The translations under genes and the position numbers were made by a program. A DNA stretch of 63,188 nt, filler included, from Octopus bimaculoides (taxonomy: Eukaryota), in NCBI RefSeq assembly GCF_001194135.2. It is 8 parts of 7 records of this genome, joined end to end, with 100 filler letters (N's around TTAATTAATTAA, not from the genome) between each part and the next. Parts side by side here need not be neighbours in the genome. Positions count along the whole stretch, not along the records: positions 23,023 to 45,945 come from NC_068989.1; positions 46,046 to 51,600 come from NC_068999.1; 6 more parts are not named here. One strand, given 5' to 3'. The notes under the pieces are model-generated. The model had not been told where the DNA came from and searched no databases. It was given only the letters and a program-made list of their open reading frames with translations. Below, one piece after another: positions 37,520 to 49,928 of the stretch; the first letter of the stretch is position 1; each line of letters opens with the position of its first letter.

Positions 37520-38870
37520 CTGGAGGATTTGGAAGATTGCTTTATACTTTGGAACGACAGCATGGACAAACTCCTCGATTTCAAAATAATGCTTAACAAT
37601 ATTAATAGCAACATACATTCACCATGGAACACAGCAGTAAACAACTCCCTTTTCTTGACATCCTAATTAAAATAGTCAATAACCACATAGAAACAGACAT
37701 CTTCTATAAACCCACAGATTCTAAACAATACATATTATTCCACTCATGCCACCCCAAAGACATAAAAATTAATATACCTTATAATCTGGCGAAAAGAGTC
37801 AGTACCTTAGTTTCGGACTCCTATAGTCGTGAACGAAGACTCCTTGAACTTAGATCAATACTAATCAAAAGACATTACCCAATATCTTTCATAAAGGATG
37901 GAATCAAACGAGCTAAGGAAATAGACATACAAACATTAAGGGAAGTCAACCGAATTAATAAACCAGACTTAAAAATACTCCCATACATCTCCACACATAA
38001 CCCTAGAAACAACGAAGCCTTTAACGTTATCACCCAAAATATTCCCATCCTCATAAGAGATAAAATAATGAACACAATTTTAGACTCACACAAAATTATC
38101 AAAAGTAAAATGCAACTTAAATCACTGAAAAAAATATTAACCAGCGCAAGACTGTATCCATTAACAATAGAACCAAAAGGGAAAAAATGTGGCAGACCTA
38201 ACTGTGGTACTTGCCCTCACTTTTTGTGCCTCGGAAAATCTAATCTATGCCATTACATGCTTAGGGTGCAGTAATAACTATATTGGCCAAACAGGAAAAT
38301 CACTCCGTAGAAGAACCACTCTCCACAAAGAACAAATCCGTCACCCACATTACAGACAGATACAGGTTAGTGGACACATAGAAAAATGTGCGAGGAATCG
38401 TAATCCTAGTTTCCTAATTTTTCCCTTCTATCAATGTTCACAGAACACCTTAACACAACAAAGAATGAATAAAGAGGCAATTTTCATTAATAAATATCTT
38501 CCTCAACTAAATATGAACACATAACATAGTATAGAACACTACTAATCTTCCATTTAATACCACTAACCCCCATACATCCCATACACCATTCACATTACAG
38601 ATCCAGATCTACCCTAATTGCACCAAATCCAGAACTAATTACCTCCCTTACACATAATCTTTTTACTAAGGGACTAATAGACTTTACACCGTTCAGAATT
38701 CGGTGTGCATTGAAAGCAATGATTAGTTATATTACGAAACCGGTATGCTTTTAAATCTCTTTAACAACTCCCAATAATTACCTTTATTACCTTTATTCCT
38801 ACTTCAGATCATCTAAATGTATATATCTATCGTTACTTTTCATAAAAAGCCTTAACTTTTTTTGATTTCC
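37520..38870 (+). mobile_element. Second copy of the 33-36 kb PLE family: RT end, linker, GIY-YIG (stop at 38524) and 3' UTR with a degenerate HHR at 38707-38748
   Basis: High nucleotide similarity to 35530-36300. NLIYAITCLGCSNNYIGQTGKSLRRR...FINKYLPQLN. About 62-nt frameshifting deletion in the linker. Confidence 0.92.
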
Positions 38871-38924
38871 AATGTGCATTTTTGCTTATTTTTCTGCTTA
38901 CTTTCCCTTTACATTTCCACGTGT

Positions 38925-39100
38925 AGTATCTATTTTGTTTGGACTTCTTTCAGCTTCCGTCTACCAAATCCACTCACAAAACTTTGGTCAACCCGAGGCT
39001 ATAGTAGAAGACACTTGCCCAAGGTTACACGCAGTGGGAGTGAACTCGGAAACATGTTGTTGGTAAGCTAGCTACTTGTCACACAGCCACTCCTGCGCCT
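38925..39100 (-). mobile_element. SINE family B 5' half (further pieces at 33115-33155, 42270-42335, 42440-42600, 42690-42820, 48062-48290, 59885-59980, 62290-62450, 63115-63175)
   Basis: Matches the full-length copy at 52688-53095. Confidence 0.8.
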
Positions 39101-39756
39101 ACATATATATATANNNNNNNNNNNNNNNNNNNNNNNNNNNNNNNNNNNNNNNNNNNNNNNNNNNNNNNNNNNNNNNNNNNNNNNNNNNNNNNNNNNNNNN
39201 NNNNNNNNNNNNNNNNNNNNNNNNNNNNNNNNNNNNNNNNNNNNNNNNNNNNNNNNNNNNNNNNNNNNNNNNNNNNNNNNNNNNNNNNNNNNNNNNNNNN
39301 NNNNNNNNNNNNNNNNNNNNNNNNNNNNNNNNNNNNNNNNNNNNNNNNNNNNNNNNNNNNNNNNNNNNNNNNNNNNNNNNNNNNNNNNNNNNNNNNNNNN
39401 NNNNNNNNNNNNNNNNNNNNNNNNNNNNNNNNNNNNNNNNNNNNNNNNNNNNNNNNNNNNNNNNNNNNNNNNNNNNNNNNNNNNNNNNNNNNNNNNNNNN
39501 NNNNNNNNNNNNNNNNNNNNNNNNNNNNNNNNNNNNNNNNNNNNNNNNNNNNNNNNNNNNNNNNNNNNNNNNNNNNNNNNNNNNNNNNNNNNNNNNNNNN
39601 NNNNNNNNNNNNNNNNNNNNNNNNNNNNNNNNNNNNNNNNNNNNNNNNNNNNNNNNNNNNNNNNNNNNNNNNNNNNNNNNNNNNNNNNNNNNNNNNNNNN
39701 NNNNNNNNNNNNNNNNNNNNNGTATATATATATATATATATATATATAAGCCTCAC

Positions 39757-39796
<40 letters not shown>

Positions 39797-40552
39797 GTGA
39801 GGCTTATTAAAAATTTAACAATCTAAAGGCAAGTATAATACATAGACGTAACTAAAGTGACAGAGACTACTAAATGATACTGGCATTGCTAGAAATTAAA
39901 GTCAAACCGACTCAATAATCACACATGCAAATATAATTGGCACACTTGGTTGGCAATTATATGTTATGATTCTGTATTGCTCCTGTTTATATCTCTCTCA
40001 GAGAGTTAATATAGCTTATTTTGCCTTTTACGTGATCAGGGACGGTTTGTCGCTGGAAAAAGCATATAGTGTTTTGCGAGTGGAGTGAGCTTTCATGACT
40101 AGCTGCTGATTAACACACGCTGAGGACAAGTAACCACCCAAAAACTCGAGTCCGTGTGTATCACGTAAAGCTAGAAATGGGAGCGATGATCTCCCCACCC
40201 AAAAACTAATCGGACACAGAATGTGTATTGTTAGCCAGCTTGAAGATATGTCTTCCTGGGTCTATAAACCTAAGTAGCACTGTCTCAAAGAAAACCTTAA
40301 ATAAGAGAACAGAGTCTAAATCCCTAGGGTAAATAATTATATTTAAAGTATAAATCAATTAATACATTAAAAGTTATATTCGTTTAAAAATTTAAAATAA
40401 ATTTTCACGCTAGATTACATATTCATTTAGCAGCATATTCGCATACTAAACCATCTATAAAATACATATATACACTAAAACGCACAGATGCATGTACATA
40501 GTTATATACATAAATAGACATATATAGGCGAGACAAAAATATATATACAAAT

Positions 40553-40625
<73 letters not shown>

Positions 40626-40824
40626 TGTGTATTTCTTCTATCTTAATGAATAAAAATTCTTCTGATAGAATAAATGGGTTAATAGAAACAAATGTAGCAA
40701 AGAACACAAAATAACTGTGGTTAGCTCCTGTTTTTAAGGCCGGAACTCCTTGAAATTTTGGGTATTTGAGTATATTTAAGAATTTAAGGATTGGAGAAAA
40801 CGCATGTTAAAATTGCATACTTTA

Positions 40825-40908
40825 TTCCTACATATGTTTCAAAGGATTACAACCTGTGCGATCCATAGGGATGTTTGATATTAAAATTGTAACCTTCTCA
40901 TCAGGGAA
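40825..40908 (-). ncRNA. Type I hammerhead ribozyme motif with extended stem II
   Basis: 5'-TTCC CTGATGA gaagg-ttacaa [~35-nt loop] ttgtaa-t-ccttt GAAA catatg TA GGAA-3'. Stem I TTCC/GGAA, palindromic ACATATGT stem III, GUA triplet. Confidence 0.75.
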
Positions 40909-41514
40909 AGCAAAAAGATCTTCTTGTGTATGCATATACAGGTGAGTTGTTACAGACGAAAGAAAGGGAAAGTATATATTAAGCTTAGGGAAGAGGAAGA
41001 GAAAAAGAAAAAAAGAAAGAAAGAGAAACAGAAAACAAGCGAGAGAAGAGAGAGAAAAAGGTAAAGGCGTAGGATGCTACTTAAAGATGCTATCAAGTAG
41101 CGAGCGCAGGAAAAGATACTTCATAAATTTTGTGCAACGAACGTACACATAAATTACATCATGACGCATATATACAAACAATATTTTAAAAAGCTGCTCA
41201 GCGTGTACAATGTTAAAATTCGAATTATACAACATTTGAAAATGCTGCATCATATATGAAATTATTTACAAATTTTATGTAATAATTTAAATAGCTGTGT
41301 AAAATAAAATGAAATTAAATTAAATAATAAAAATGAACCTTGGCAAAGCTTAAGCTTGAAATTAAATTTGTAAAACAGTCGAAGGCTTTCTTAACAAGTC
41401 TAAATGTATTCAATAACGTTGCGATGCGAAATAACCATACACTGTAAAGACAAATTCAAAAGCGGCAGATGAAAATATTTCGAAATTCAAAACATATTAC
41501 CCTCTTAGTATTTT

Positions 41515-41900
41515 GTCGGTCGACATTTTAAATTTTGTTGCGTGCCTCCAGGAATTTAAGAGCTCGCGTCTCTAGTTCAAAGTGCCTTTCTCCTGAAACA
41601 GAATAAAATACTTCTCCGAAAGGCAAAGATCACATTTCATAGGTCTTTTATAAGCACCATGTCTGTAAACTGATTCGTTATCTAGGATTTTCTAGGATAC
41701 ATTGAAATAAACCTACAAAGCAATTGTACCGTAGCAGACAAAAGCCCACGTCCCCTACAAAACCAATGCGTGCTTCTTAACGTAATATACGAATGTAAGC
41801 GAGAAACAGAGAAGAGGCGTGTTTCACCTGTTTTCATAGAAACATCCTACCTCACATCCAAGCATCCTCATCATAAATTTTCTAGAAATTGCCATGAATG
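41515..41900 (-). mobile_element. Penelope-like GIY-YIG remnant, subtype 2
   Basis: KILDNESVYRHG, MKCDLCLSEKYFILFQEKGTLN*RRELLNSWRHATKFK. Confidence 0.7.
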
Positions 41901-42334
41901 CTCAGAAGAATCCCTCTGCATTTTAATGAGTGAAGAGGTACTCGAGGGGGCTTATAAGTTGTAACAATTGATTCAAATACACGTTATTACACATAGGAAA
42001 ACACATAAACAGGAATCTGTGAAAAATATAGTTCTAAGGGTCAGCATTTTCTAGTTCTAAGTGTACGAAGTTCAACGTAAATATATACATGTATCAGGAT
42101 GTCCTCTGGTTCAACCCGATTTTGGTTCGCATGTGTCACCCAACATCGCATGTTTCGCAGCATCTTAGGGCCAGTTAAATATGGTGACTATCTACAGTTA
42201 GCAAGATTAATGTTTCTTTTTCTTTACATACACTGACATACCTCTTGACTAAATGCACTGAGTGTTTATTTTTCAGTTTCCACAATAAACGGGTTCAGTC
42301 CCACTGCATAGCACCTTAGGCAAGTGTCTTCTAC

Positions 42335-42416
<82 letters not shown>

Positions 42417-42598
42417 AGTGTGTGTGTGTGTGTGTTTATGTGTTTGTGTTTGTCCCACAACATCGCTTGACAACCGATGGTGGTGTACTAGGCTTACAAA
42501 GTTCTAGGCTTACAAAGAATAAGTCCTGGGGTCGATTTGCACGACAAAAGGCAGTGCTCCAGCGTGGCAGCAGTCAAGTGACTGAAACAAGTAAAAGA

Positions 42599-42635
<37 letters not shown>

Positions 42636-43486
42636 CTTTTAATTGTTTCAGTTGCTAGTGACAATGGTGAGGCACCGCTTTGTATTTCAGTTTCCATCTA
42701 CCAAATCCATTCACAGGACATTAGTTGACCGGAGGCTATAGTTGTAAGAACTTCCCCGAGGTGCCACAGGACTGAACCTGGAACCATGTGGTTGGGAAGC
42801 AAGCTCCTTACCACGCAAAACGCCTTCTCGTGTATATATATATATATGTGTGTGTGTATGTGTCTGTGTGTGTGCGTGTGTGTAGATATATATATATATA
42901 CATAGATGAGAGACAGATATTCTCCGTATAGAATACATTTCGTAGAGCTCAAGAGACTTAAACTTTATCAGGTACAGGAGTAAGTGTAAGGATAAGTAAG
43001 TTAGGTATGTCGATATACAAAATATATTAAATGCATTTAATAGAAAAAATGTACATCTGATTAGGGGTTATTAATGAGGCTAGCGATAGCCTGATTAATA
43101 AACCTTAATCCTGAAATTTCTTTTCTGCTCCCACTGTTCTGTATCTAAAAACTCCTTCTTCTAAAACGCTTAGTTCTCCACAATATCATTGCAGCTTAAT
43201 CTCCTTTCTGTCAAGACTCCAAACGTACAATTCTTCCCTCAAACGGAAGCTAGTATTATCCGGTGATAGAATCAATTTACAATGATTATCGACTACTAAG
43301 CCCCCAGAAACAGCTCTTGCATTTGTAAAAGTCTTATTCAACCCATTTAATTCCAAACATAATTTCTGTTCAGGAAGTCGGACCTTTTTCAATGTAAACA
43401 TATATACATTTTTCTATATTAAATGTATCTAATTATTTAATACTTTTGGTATATCGACTTAACTAACTTGCTCGTCCTTACATTTA

Positions 43487-43538
<52 letters not shown>

Positions 43539-43547
43539 CAATATATA

Positions 43548-43851
43548 TAGGGGTTGGACAAAATAATGGAAAAACCTAGCATCATAATTTGGAAATATCT
43601 ATAAAACCGTCAAATGTTTTTTTGATTTATTATTAGTGTTGATTAATATGTTTGGCTAAAATCGATGTTTCTTTTCAGATATCATCAGAAAAAGTTAATT
43701 AAAATTCATTAAAATGACGGATCTATCGGACTTTCAAAGAGGTCAAATTGTTGGTTCTCGTATGGCAGACGCTAGCGTAACGAAAACAGCCGTAATGTTT
43801 GGTGTATACAGAACTACCGTCTATAAAGTAATGACAGCCTTTGAGAAAGAG
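43548..43851 (+). mobile_element. Tc1-family transposon left end: TIR and transposase N-terminal HTH
   Basis: TIR-like (t/c)aggggttggacaaaataatggaaa after a TA tract. ATG at 43714 starts MTDLSDFQRGQIVGSRMADASVTKTAVMFGVYRTTVYKVMTAFEKE. Confidence 0.85.
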
Positions 43852-44382
43852 AGATATAAATCAGCGACCATCGAATAAAAATGAAAATGATGTTGTTGTT
43901 GTCAGAGAGAGAGAGAGAGAGAAAGAGAGGTGCTGTTTGATACCATTCCTTCTGTCATTGTTATTAGCATTTTGTCTCTTCTCTTGTTTTTCACTCTTAC
44001 TTATTCTGTTACTCCTTTATTGCGTGATTTTGGGAAAACTTACAAACAAGCTCATTATTATAATAGATAATCATTATAAATACTTCAGATTTACCATATT
44101 GAACCGTCCTCATTTTGTATAATATTATATGAAATAATGCAGGGATGTATCAGTATCGGTAGAAGAGTTGATATGTGTGGTTGTGATCAATAATGTGCCT
44201 GTTATTGTGAGTGATTGTCCACATGCGCTGATATCACTGAACTTGAGAACATGTAAGCATGGATTCGTATATAGTCGAATGTCATTAGACCAGAATATAC
44301 ACGTTAGAATGTGAGTGTAAACATGTATGAATGAGTATACAGATAAATTTGAGTCTATATCTTATACATCCCGACACATTCC

Positions 44383-44426
<44 letters not shown>

Positions 44427-44886
44427 TACATACATACATACATACATACATACATACATACATACATACATACATGTGTCTGTGTGTGAATTACACGTTA
44501 AAAAATCGGACGAACCTAGTGTATGTTTAACGATCAAGGATTATCTACCAAAATCACGAGCCCGCAGAAGACCCGGGTGGTTTTCTGGCATGCTAGAAGA
44601 CCACTACGAATGAGGCTCCTCTCCACTTTTTTAAAAACATGTCTCTGGGAAAGGGTCATTGCCATAAAAAACTAGATATACAGCGACCAGTATTATACAT
44701 CTTGCGGATCATTTGCTTACGCTTCAGATCATCGCATTCTCACATTCCTAAACAATTGACCCATATTGGTACTCGATATCTTGCTCTAGTTTGGCTCTTT
44801 ATCATGTCAGTATGGTACAGTAGGCCTGTTGGGTGTTGTACAGGCCTTATTTGACCTAACAATTTTGTTCAGAGATGTTCATCTTA

Positions 44887-44990
<104 letters not shown>

Positions 44991-45125
44991 TAATACAGGG
45001 TATCTAAGAGATACCGCCACGCTGAAAAATAGCAGTCAAATTCTGACTCTAAAACCACAATAAATGTCCACATAGTACAAGGAGCGAAGACGACAACAAA
45101 ATAAACCAGTAAAAATAACAAGATA

Positions 45126-45184
45126 ATTCCAGATCCTGGATTTCTGGCTTTGCATAAATAATGCTTTGCCTTCATCGGTGGAAT
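45126..45184 (-). ncRNA. Type I hammerhead-like motif (inverted copy)
   Basis: Reverse complement of 45693-45751. Confidence 0.6.
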
Positions 45185-45692
45185 ATACTCAAGTACATGA
45201 AAACAAATATATAAACAGTATACTTACATATACGGACGTATACACACATATATATGCACGTATGTACACGACTAGGATCTGGAATTATCTTGTTATTTTT
45301 ACTGGTTTATTTTGTCGTCGTCTTCGCTCCTTGTACTATGTGGACATTTATTGTGGTTTTAGAGTCAGATTTGACTGCTATTTTTCAGCGTGGCGGTATC
45401 TCTTAGATACCCTGAATTATAATTTTAAATAATTATTACCTTTGATGGTTTTTATTCCGAAGCTGGCCACTTGATAAGATCAATATTTTAAATATCGATC
45501 TTACCCTTATTTATATAAATTAGTTTTGTCAGTGTATTTACTGCGCTGATATTCTGTCAGTATCGCACAAGGAGTTTTTAGGCGGGCTATTTAAGCTAGT
45601 CGTGTGCATACGTGCATATATATGTGTGTATACGTCCGTATATGTAAGTATACTGTTTATATACATATATTTGTATTCATGTACTTGAGTAT

Positions 45693-45751
45693 ATTCCACC
45701 GATGAAGGCAAAGCATTATTTATGCAAAGCCAGAAATCCAGGATCTGGAAT
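45693..45751 (+). ncRNA. Type I hammerhead-like motif (variant core CCGAUGA)
   Basis: ATTCCA CCGATGA a GGC aaa GCAT tattt ATGC aaa GCC a GAAA TCC a GGA TC TGGAAT. 6-bp stem I, stem II hairpin, near-palindromic stem III, AUC triplet. Predicted cut after 45745. Confidence 0.6.
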
Positions 45752-46045
45752 TATCTTGTTATTTTTACTGGTTTATTTTGTCGTCGTCTTCGCTCTTGTA
45801 CTATGTGGACATTTATTGTGGTTTTAGAGTCAGAATTTGACTGCTATTTTTCAGCGTGGCGGTATCTCTTAGATACCCTGTATTATAATTTTAAATAATT
45901 ATTACCTTTGATGGTTTTTATTCCCATGCTGGCCACTTGATAAGANNNNNNNNNNNNNNNNNNNNNNNNNNNNNNNNNNNNNNNNNNNNTTAATTAATTA
46001 ANNNNNNNNNNNNNNNNNNNNNNNNNNNNNNNNNNNNNNNNNNNN

Positions 46046-46245
46046 GTGATGTTGGCCGTGGTGGTGATGGCAGTGATGGTAGTAATTGTTGTAGTGGTGG
46101 TGGTAGTGGTGGTGGTGGTGGTGGTGATGGTGATGGCGGTGGTGGTGGGGATAGTGGTCATGGTGGTGATGATGGTGATGTTGGCCGTGGTGGTGATGGC
46201 AGTGATGGTAGTAATTGTTGTAGTGGTGGTGGTAGTGGTGGTGGT
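46046..46245. repeat. GGT/GAT/AGT trinucleotide-derived low-complexity tract with a 129-bp direct repeat
   Basis: gtgatgttggccgtggtggtgatggcag at 46046 and 46175. Confidence 0.9.
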
Positions 46246-46339
46246 GTATGTTTCGGCGGCTTATCTGCATGTATATTCATATAAATATATATATATGTAT
46301 GTATGTATGTATATATGTGTGATCATGACTGCATCTGTG

Positions 46340-46370
<31 letters not shown>

Positions 46371-46899
46371 GTATGCATGTGAGTGATTGTATGTATATGT
46401 GTGTGTGAGAGAGGAAATGGAGAGAAAGAAGGAGTAATAAATGTTTGGAAGAGAAAGAGATGAAGTAGAGAGGGTGATAGGAAGAGTATAGGAGAGTGGG
46501 AGTAAGGGAAGAGAGAGAGAGTGGGAGGAATAGAAAAATTGGGTGAAAGTGATGTAAAATATATGAGTGATTTTGATCCTGGCTCTGGTCAAATTTTTCG
46601 AGATAAATTATTCTCTTTCAGGCTCAGGTCCCCTCTGGGAAGTTGCTTGAGTTCTCCGCGAATCCAGGGGTCCAGTATTTGTCTATTTATGGAGTAGTTT
46701 TGTTCATAAGGGTCTCGGTTTATTGTTTTGACCAGAGAGTAGGGATTTTAATCTGTTAAAACGGCCGGATTGGTTACGGCTGGAATGCTTTTGATCGAAG
46801 TCCTAGCCAATCAAGGCCCACCTGGGGCAAAACAACAACAACAGTTTCTGATTGGGACTCAAAGCTAGCGATTTTTATGGGATTATATGAGTCGATTAT

Positions 46900-47055
46900 A
46901 TGGACTCGCAGTACTCTACTAGTACTTCATTTTCATCGACCTCCAAAGGTTGGAAGACCTGGTCGGGATTTGAACTCAAAACGTTAAGAGCCGGAAGAAA
47001 TGCGTCTGTGCATTTTGTCCTTGAACTATCGATTCTGCCAGATCGACGCCTTAGT

Positions 47056-47130
<75 letters not shown>

Positions 47131-47480
47131 CCTTTCTACTAAAAGGCACAAGGCCTGAAATTTAGCGGGAGGGGACTAGTCGATCCCAGTGTTCAGCTGG
47201 TACTTATTTTATCGACCCCGAAAGGATGAAAGGCAAAGTCGAACCCGGCGGAATTTGAACGTGAAGACGGACGAAATGCCGCAAAGCGTTTCGCCCGGTG
47301 TGCTAACGATTCTGCTAGCTTACCGCCTTAATAACAACATCAACAACAATAAAAATTATAATAATCCTTTCTATTATAGGCACAAGGCCTGAAATTTTGG
47401 GGGAGGGGGCTAGGCGATCACATCGACACCAGTGCGTAATTGGTATTTATTTCATCGACCACGAAAAGACGAAAGACAAG
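46900..47480 (-). mobile_element. Three head-to-tail SINE family A copies separated by (AAT)n tails
   Basis: Reverse-complement family A bodies at about 46900-47050, 47130-47330 and 47360-47480. Another at 49250-49460. Confidence 0.8.
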
Positions 47481-48679
47481 GTGTTAGGGTGTTGTGGTGA
47501 TAATCATGATGGTAGCAGTAGTGATGGTGATGGTGATGATGATGATGGTAATGGTGATGATGGTAGTGGTTGGGGCAGAAGTTGATTTGCTGACGGTGGT
47601 GGCGGTGAGAGTGCTAATGTTTGTGACGTCAGCTACGGTGGTAGTGATAATGATGGTGATGATGACAGTGACCGAGATTCAAAGATTACTTATAAGGGAA
47701 ACGTGTATCCGATGACGTCAAAGGAAACGAAAGCCCGCTTGCTCCTTTTTTTTATTCATTTTTTTAAAGATGGCTGTGAGTCCAGTATGACGTAAGCATT
47801 GTCTCAGCTAAAGACTAAACCAACAGGCTGGCTACACGTGCCCACAACATCACGTGACTTGGTGTACGACATTGGCTACGATGCGAAACGAGAGAACCCT
47901 AAAGTGGGTCCTTTACTCCTTCAAAGTTTTGGTTTTGCTGTTTGATTGGCTTTGTCATGTGTTGAAGATTGCTGTGTCTCTCAACCATTCTTTGCCTATG
48001 GACCCTCGTTCATTCCTGTTTTACTCAAGTGGACCCTCGTACCCGTTCATGGTGTAAAAAAAGTGGATTTGGTAGACGGAAACTGAAAGAAACCCGTCGT
48101 ATATATACATATAGACACACACAGACACACGATGGATTTCTTTCAGTTTCTGTCTACTAAATCCACTCACAAGGCTTTGGTCGGCCCGAGGCTATAGTAG
48201 AAGACACTTGCTCAAGGTGCCACGCAGTGAAACTGAACTCGAAATCATGTGGTTGGTAAGCAAGCTTCTTACCACACAGCCACGCCTGCTTGGAAAATCA
48301 GACAAGGAAAATCAGACAAGGAAAATCAGACAAGGTAGAACATGCTAAAATAATTTTATCATGAAGAACATNNNNNNNNNNNNNNNNNNNNNNNNNNNNN
48401 NNNNNNNNNNNNNNNNNNNNNNNNNNNNNNNNNNNNNNNNNNNNNNNNNNNNNNNNNNNNNNNNNNNNNNNNNNNNNNNNNNNNNNNNNNNNNNNNNNNN
48501 NNNNNNNNNNNNNNNNNNNNNNNNNNNNNNNNNNNNNNNNNNNNNNNNNNNNNNNNNNNNNNNNNNNNNNNNNNNNNNNNNNNNNNNNNNNNNNNNNNNN
48601 NNNNNNNNNNNNNNNNNNNNNNNNNNNNNNNNNNNNNNNNNNNNNNNNNNNNNNNNNNNNNNNNNNNNNNNNNNNACAA

Positions 48680-48773
48680 GGCTGCAGAGGAATGTTGGTT
48701 CTGGTTTTTGATTGTTTATGCAGCAGCAGCCGAGGAAGGAGACGGCTAAGAAAAAGAAGAGAAAGAAGAAAAA

Positions 48774-48810
<37 letters not shown>

Positions 48811-49235
48811 AAAGAGAAAGACGGGAGTGGTATGACAGTAGTAGACTGGTCGTAGAATTTTCTTAAATGGTCAAGTGACCTAAAAGTGACCTGTTGTGGT
48901 TGTAGCAGTAGTGATTGGAATTGTTCTGAATAAATTCATGGGTAGTGACTGTTCTGAATGTATCATTTTTAATATTTGCGTGGGTATTACCCTAAGGCCC
49001 TTGTAGTAGTGTCATCTGTGAAAGAAGCATGAAAAAGGGGTTTATATTTTGCGATGAAATATGATATTATTCTAATGCGGTGACTATAGGTTGCATTATC
49101 TTTGAATTTATAGAGGGAAAAAATTTTCAAGTTGGGTTGTTTGTTAGTGGCGCAAATATCGATGTGTTCGCTTAATGCTATTTTTCTGTATTCCCGAATT
49201 TTAAACTGGGATCTATGTACGGTCATCCTCTTTCT
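48680..49235 (-). mobile_element. Penelope-like GIY-YIG C-terminus and pyrimidine-rich 3' UTR
   Basis: RKRMTVHRSQFKIREYRKIALSEHIDICATNKQP.LKIF.LYKF...YFIAKYKPL, homologous to 38330-38524. Confidence 0.75.
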
Positions 49236-49539
49236 AACAAAAATAATCCTTTCTACTAATAGACACAAAGCCTGGAATTTGTGGGGACGGAGATAGTCAA
49301 TCACATCGACCCCAGTACTTGACTGGTATTTAATTTATCGACCCTGAAAGCATGAACGGCAAAGTCGACCTCGGCGGAATTTGAACTCAGAACGTAAAGA
49401 CGGACGAAACACCGCTCAGCGTTTTGTCCGGCGAGCTAACGATTCTGCCAGCTCATCACCATACAACAACAACATTAATGATAACAACAATAAGAAGAAC
49501 AGTAATAATATTAAAAATTAGTAATAACAACAAATGTTT

Positions 49540-49928
49540 TTTTACTTGACACTCCGTCGGTTACGACGACGAGGGTTCCAGTTGATCCGATCAACGGAAC
49601 AGCCTGCTCATGAAATTAATGTGCAAGTGGCTGAGCACTCCACAGATACGTGTACCCTTAACGTAGTTCTCGGGGGAGATACAGCGTGACACAGAGTATG
49701 ACAAGGCTGGCCCCTTTGAAATACAGGTACAACAGAAACAGGAAGAAAGAGTGAGAGAAAGTTGTGGTGAAAGAGTACAGCAGGGTTCGCCACCATCCCC
49801 TGCCGGAGCCTCGTGGATCTTTTAGATGTTTTCGCTCAATAAATACTCATAACACCCGGTCTCGGAATCGAAACCGCGATCCTACGACCGCGAGTCTGCT
49901 GCCCTAACCACTGAACCATTGCGCCTCC
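49540..49928 (-). mobile_element. Near full-length tRNA-derived SINE family D
   Basis: Head ggaggcgcaatggttcagtggttagggcagcagactcgcggtcgtaggatcgcggtttcgattcc (A- and B-box-like), unrelated body, A-rich tail. Confidence 0.8.

Noticed and set aside
40905-40940. 36-nt plus-strand exon with strong donor (CAG|GTGAGT)
   Set aside because: The acceptor tcatcag is simply the antisense of the hammerhead core CTGATGA within a PLE tail. Exonisation cannot be excluded but nothing supports it.
43645-43692. Hammerhead-like CTGATGA...GAAA (also CTGATGA at about 5778, 14207 and 30139)
   Set aside because: No stem II/III or NUH geometry. This one lies within the Tc1 leader.
44143-44253. Possible exon or CUB-like start (ACGQSLTITG on the minus strand)
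   Set aside because: An in-frame stop follows, splice sites are weak, and no domain continues.
45998-46408. Poly-His ORF (minus) and poly-Val/Met ORF (plus)
   Set aside because: Translations of a GGT/GAT trinucleotide tract next to a gap, with no unique flanking coding sequence or splice support.
48296-48336. 15-bp tandem (aaatcagacaaggaa)x~3 as a regulatory array
   Set aside because: Ordinary slippage duplication at a repeat junction next to a gap.
49855-49928. tRNA gene (also heads at 52688 and 55243)
   Set aside because: tRNA-like A/B boxes are fused to SINE bodies and tails, and the cloverleaf stems do not pair properly.
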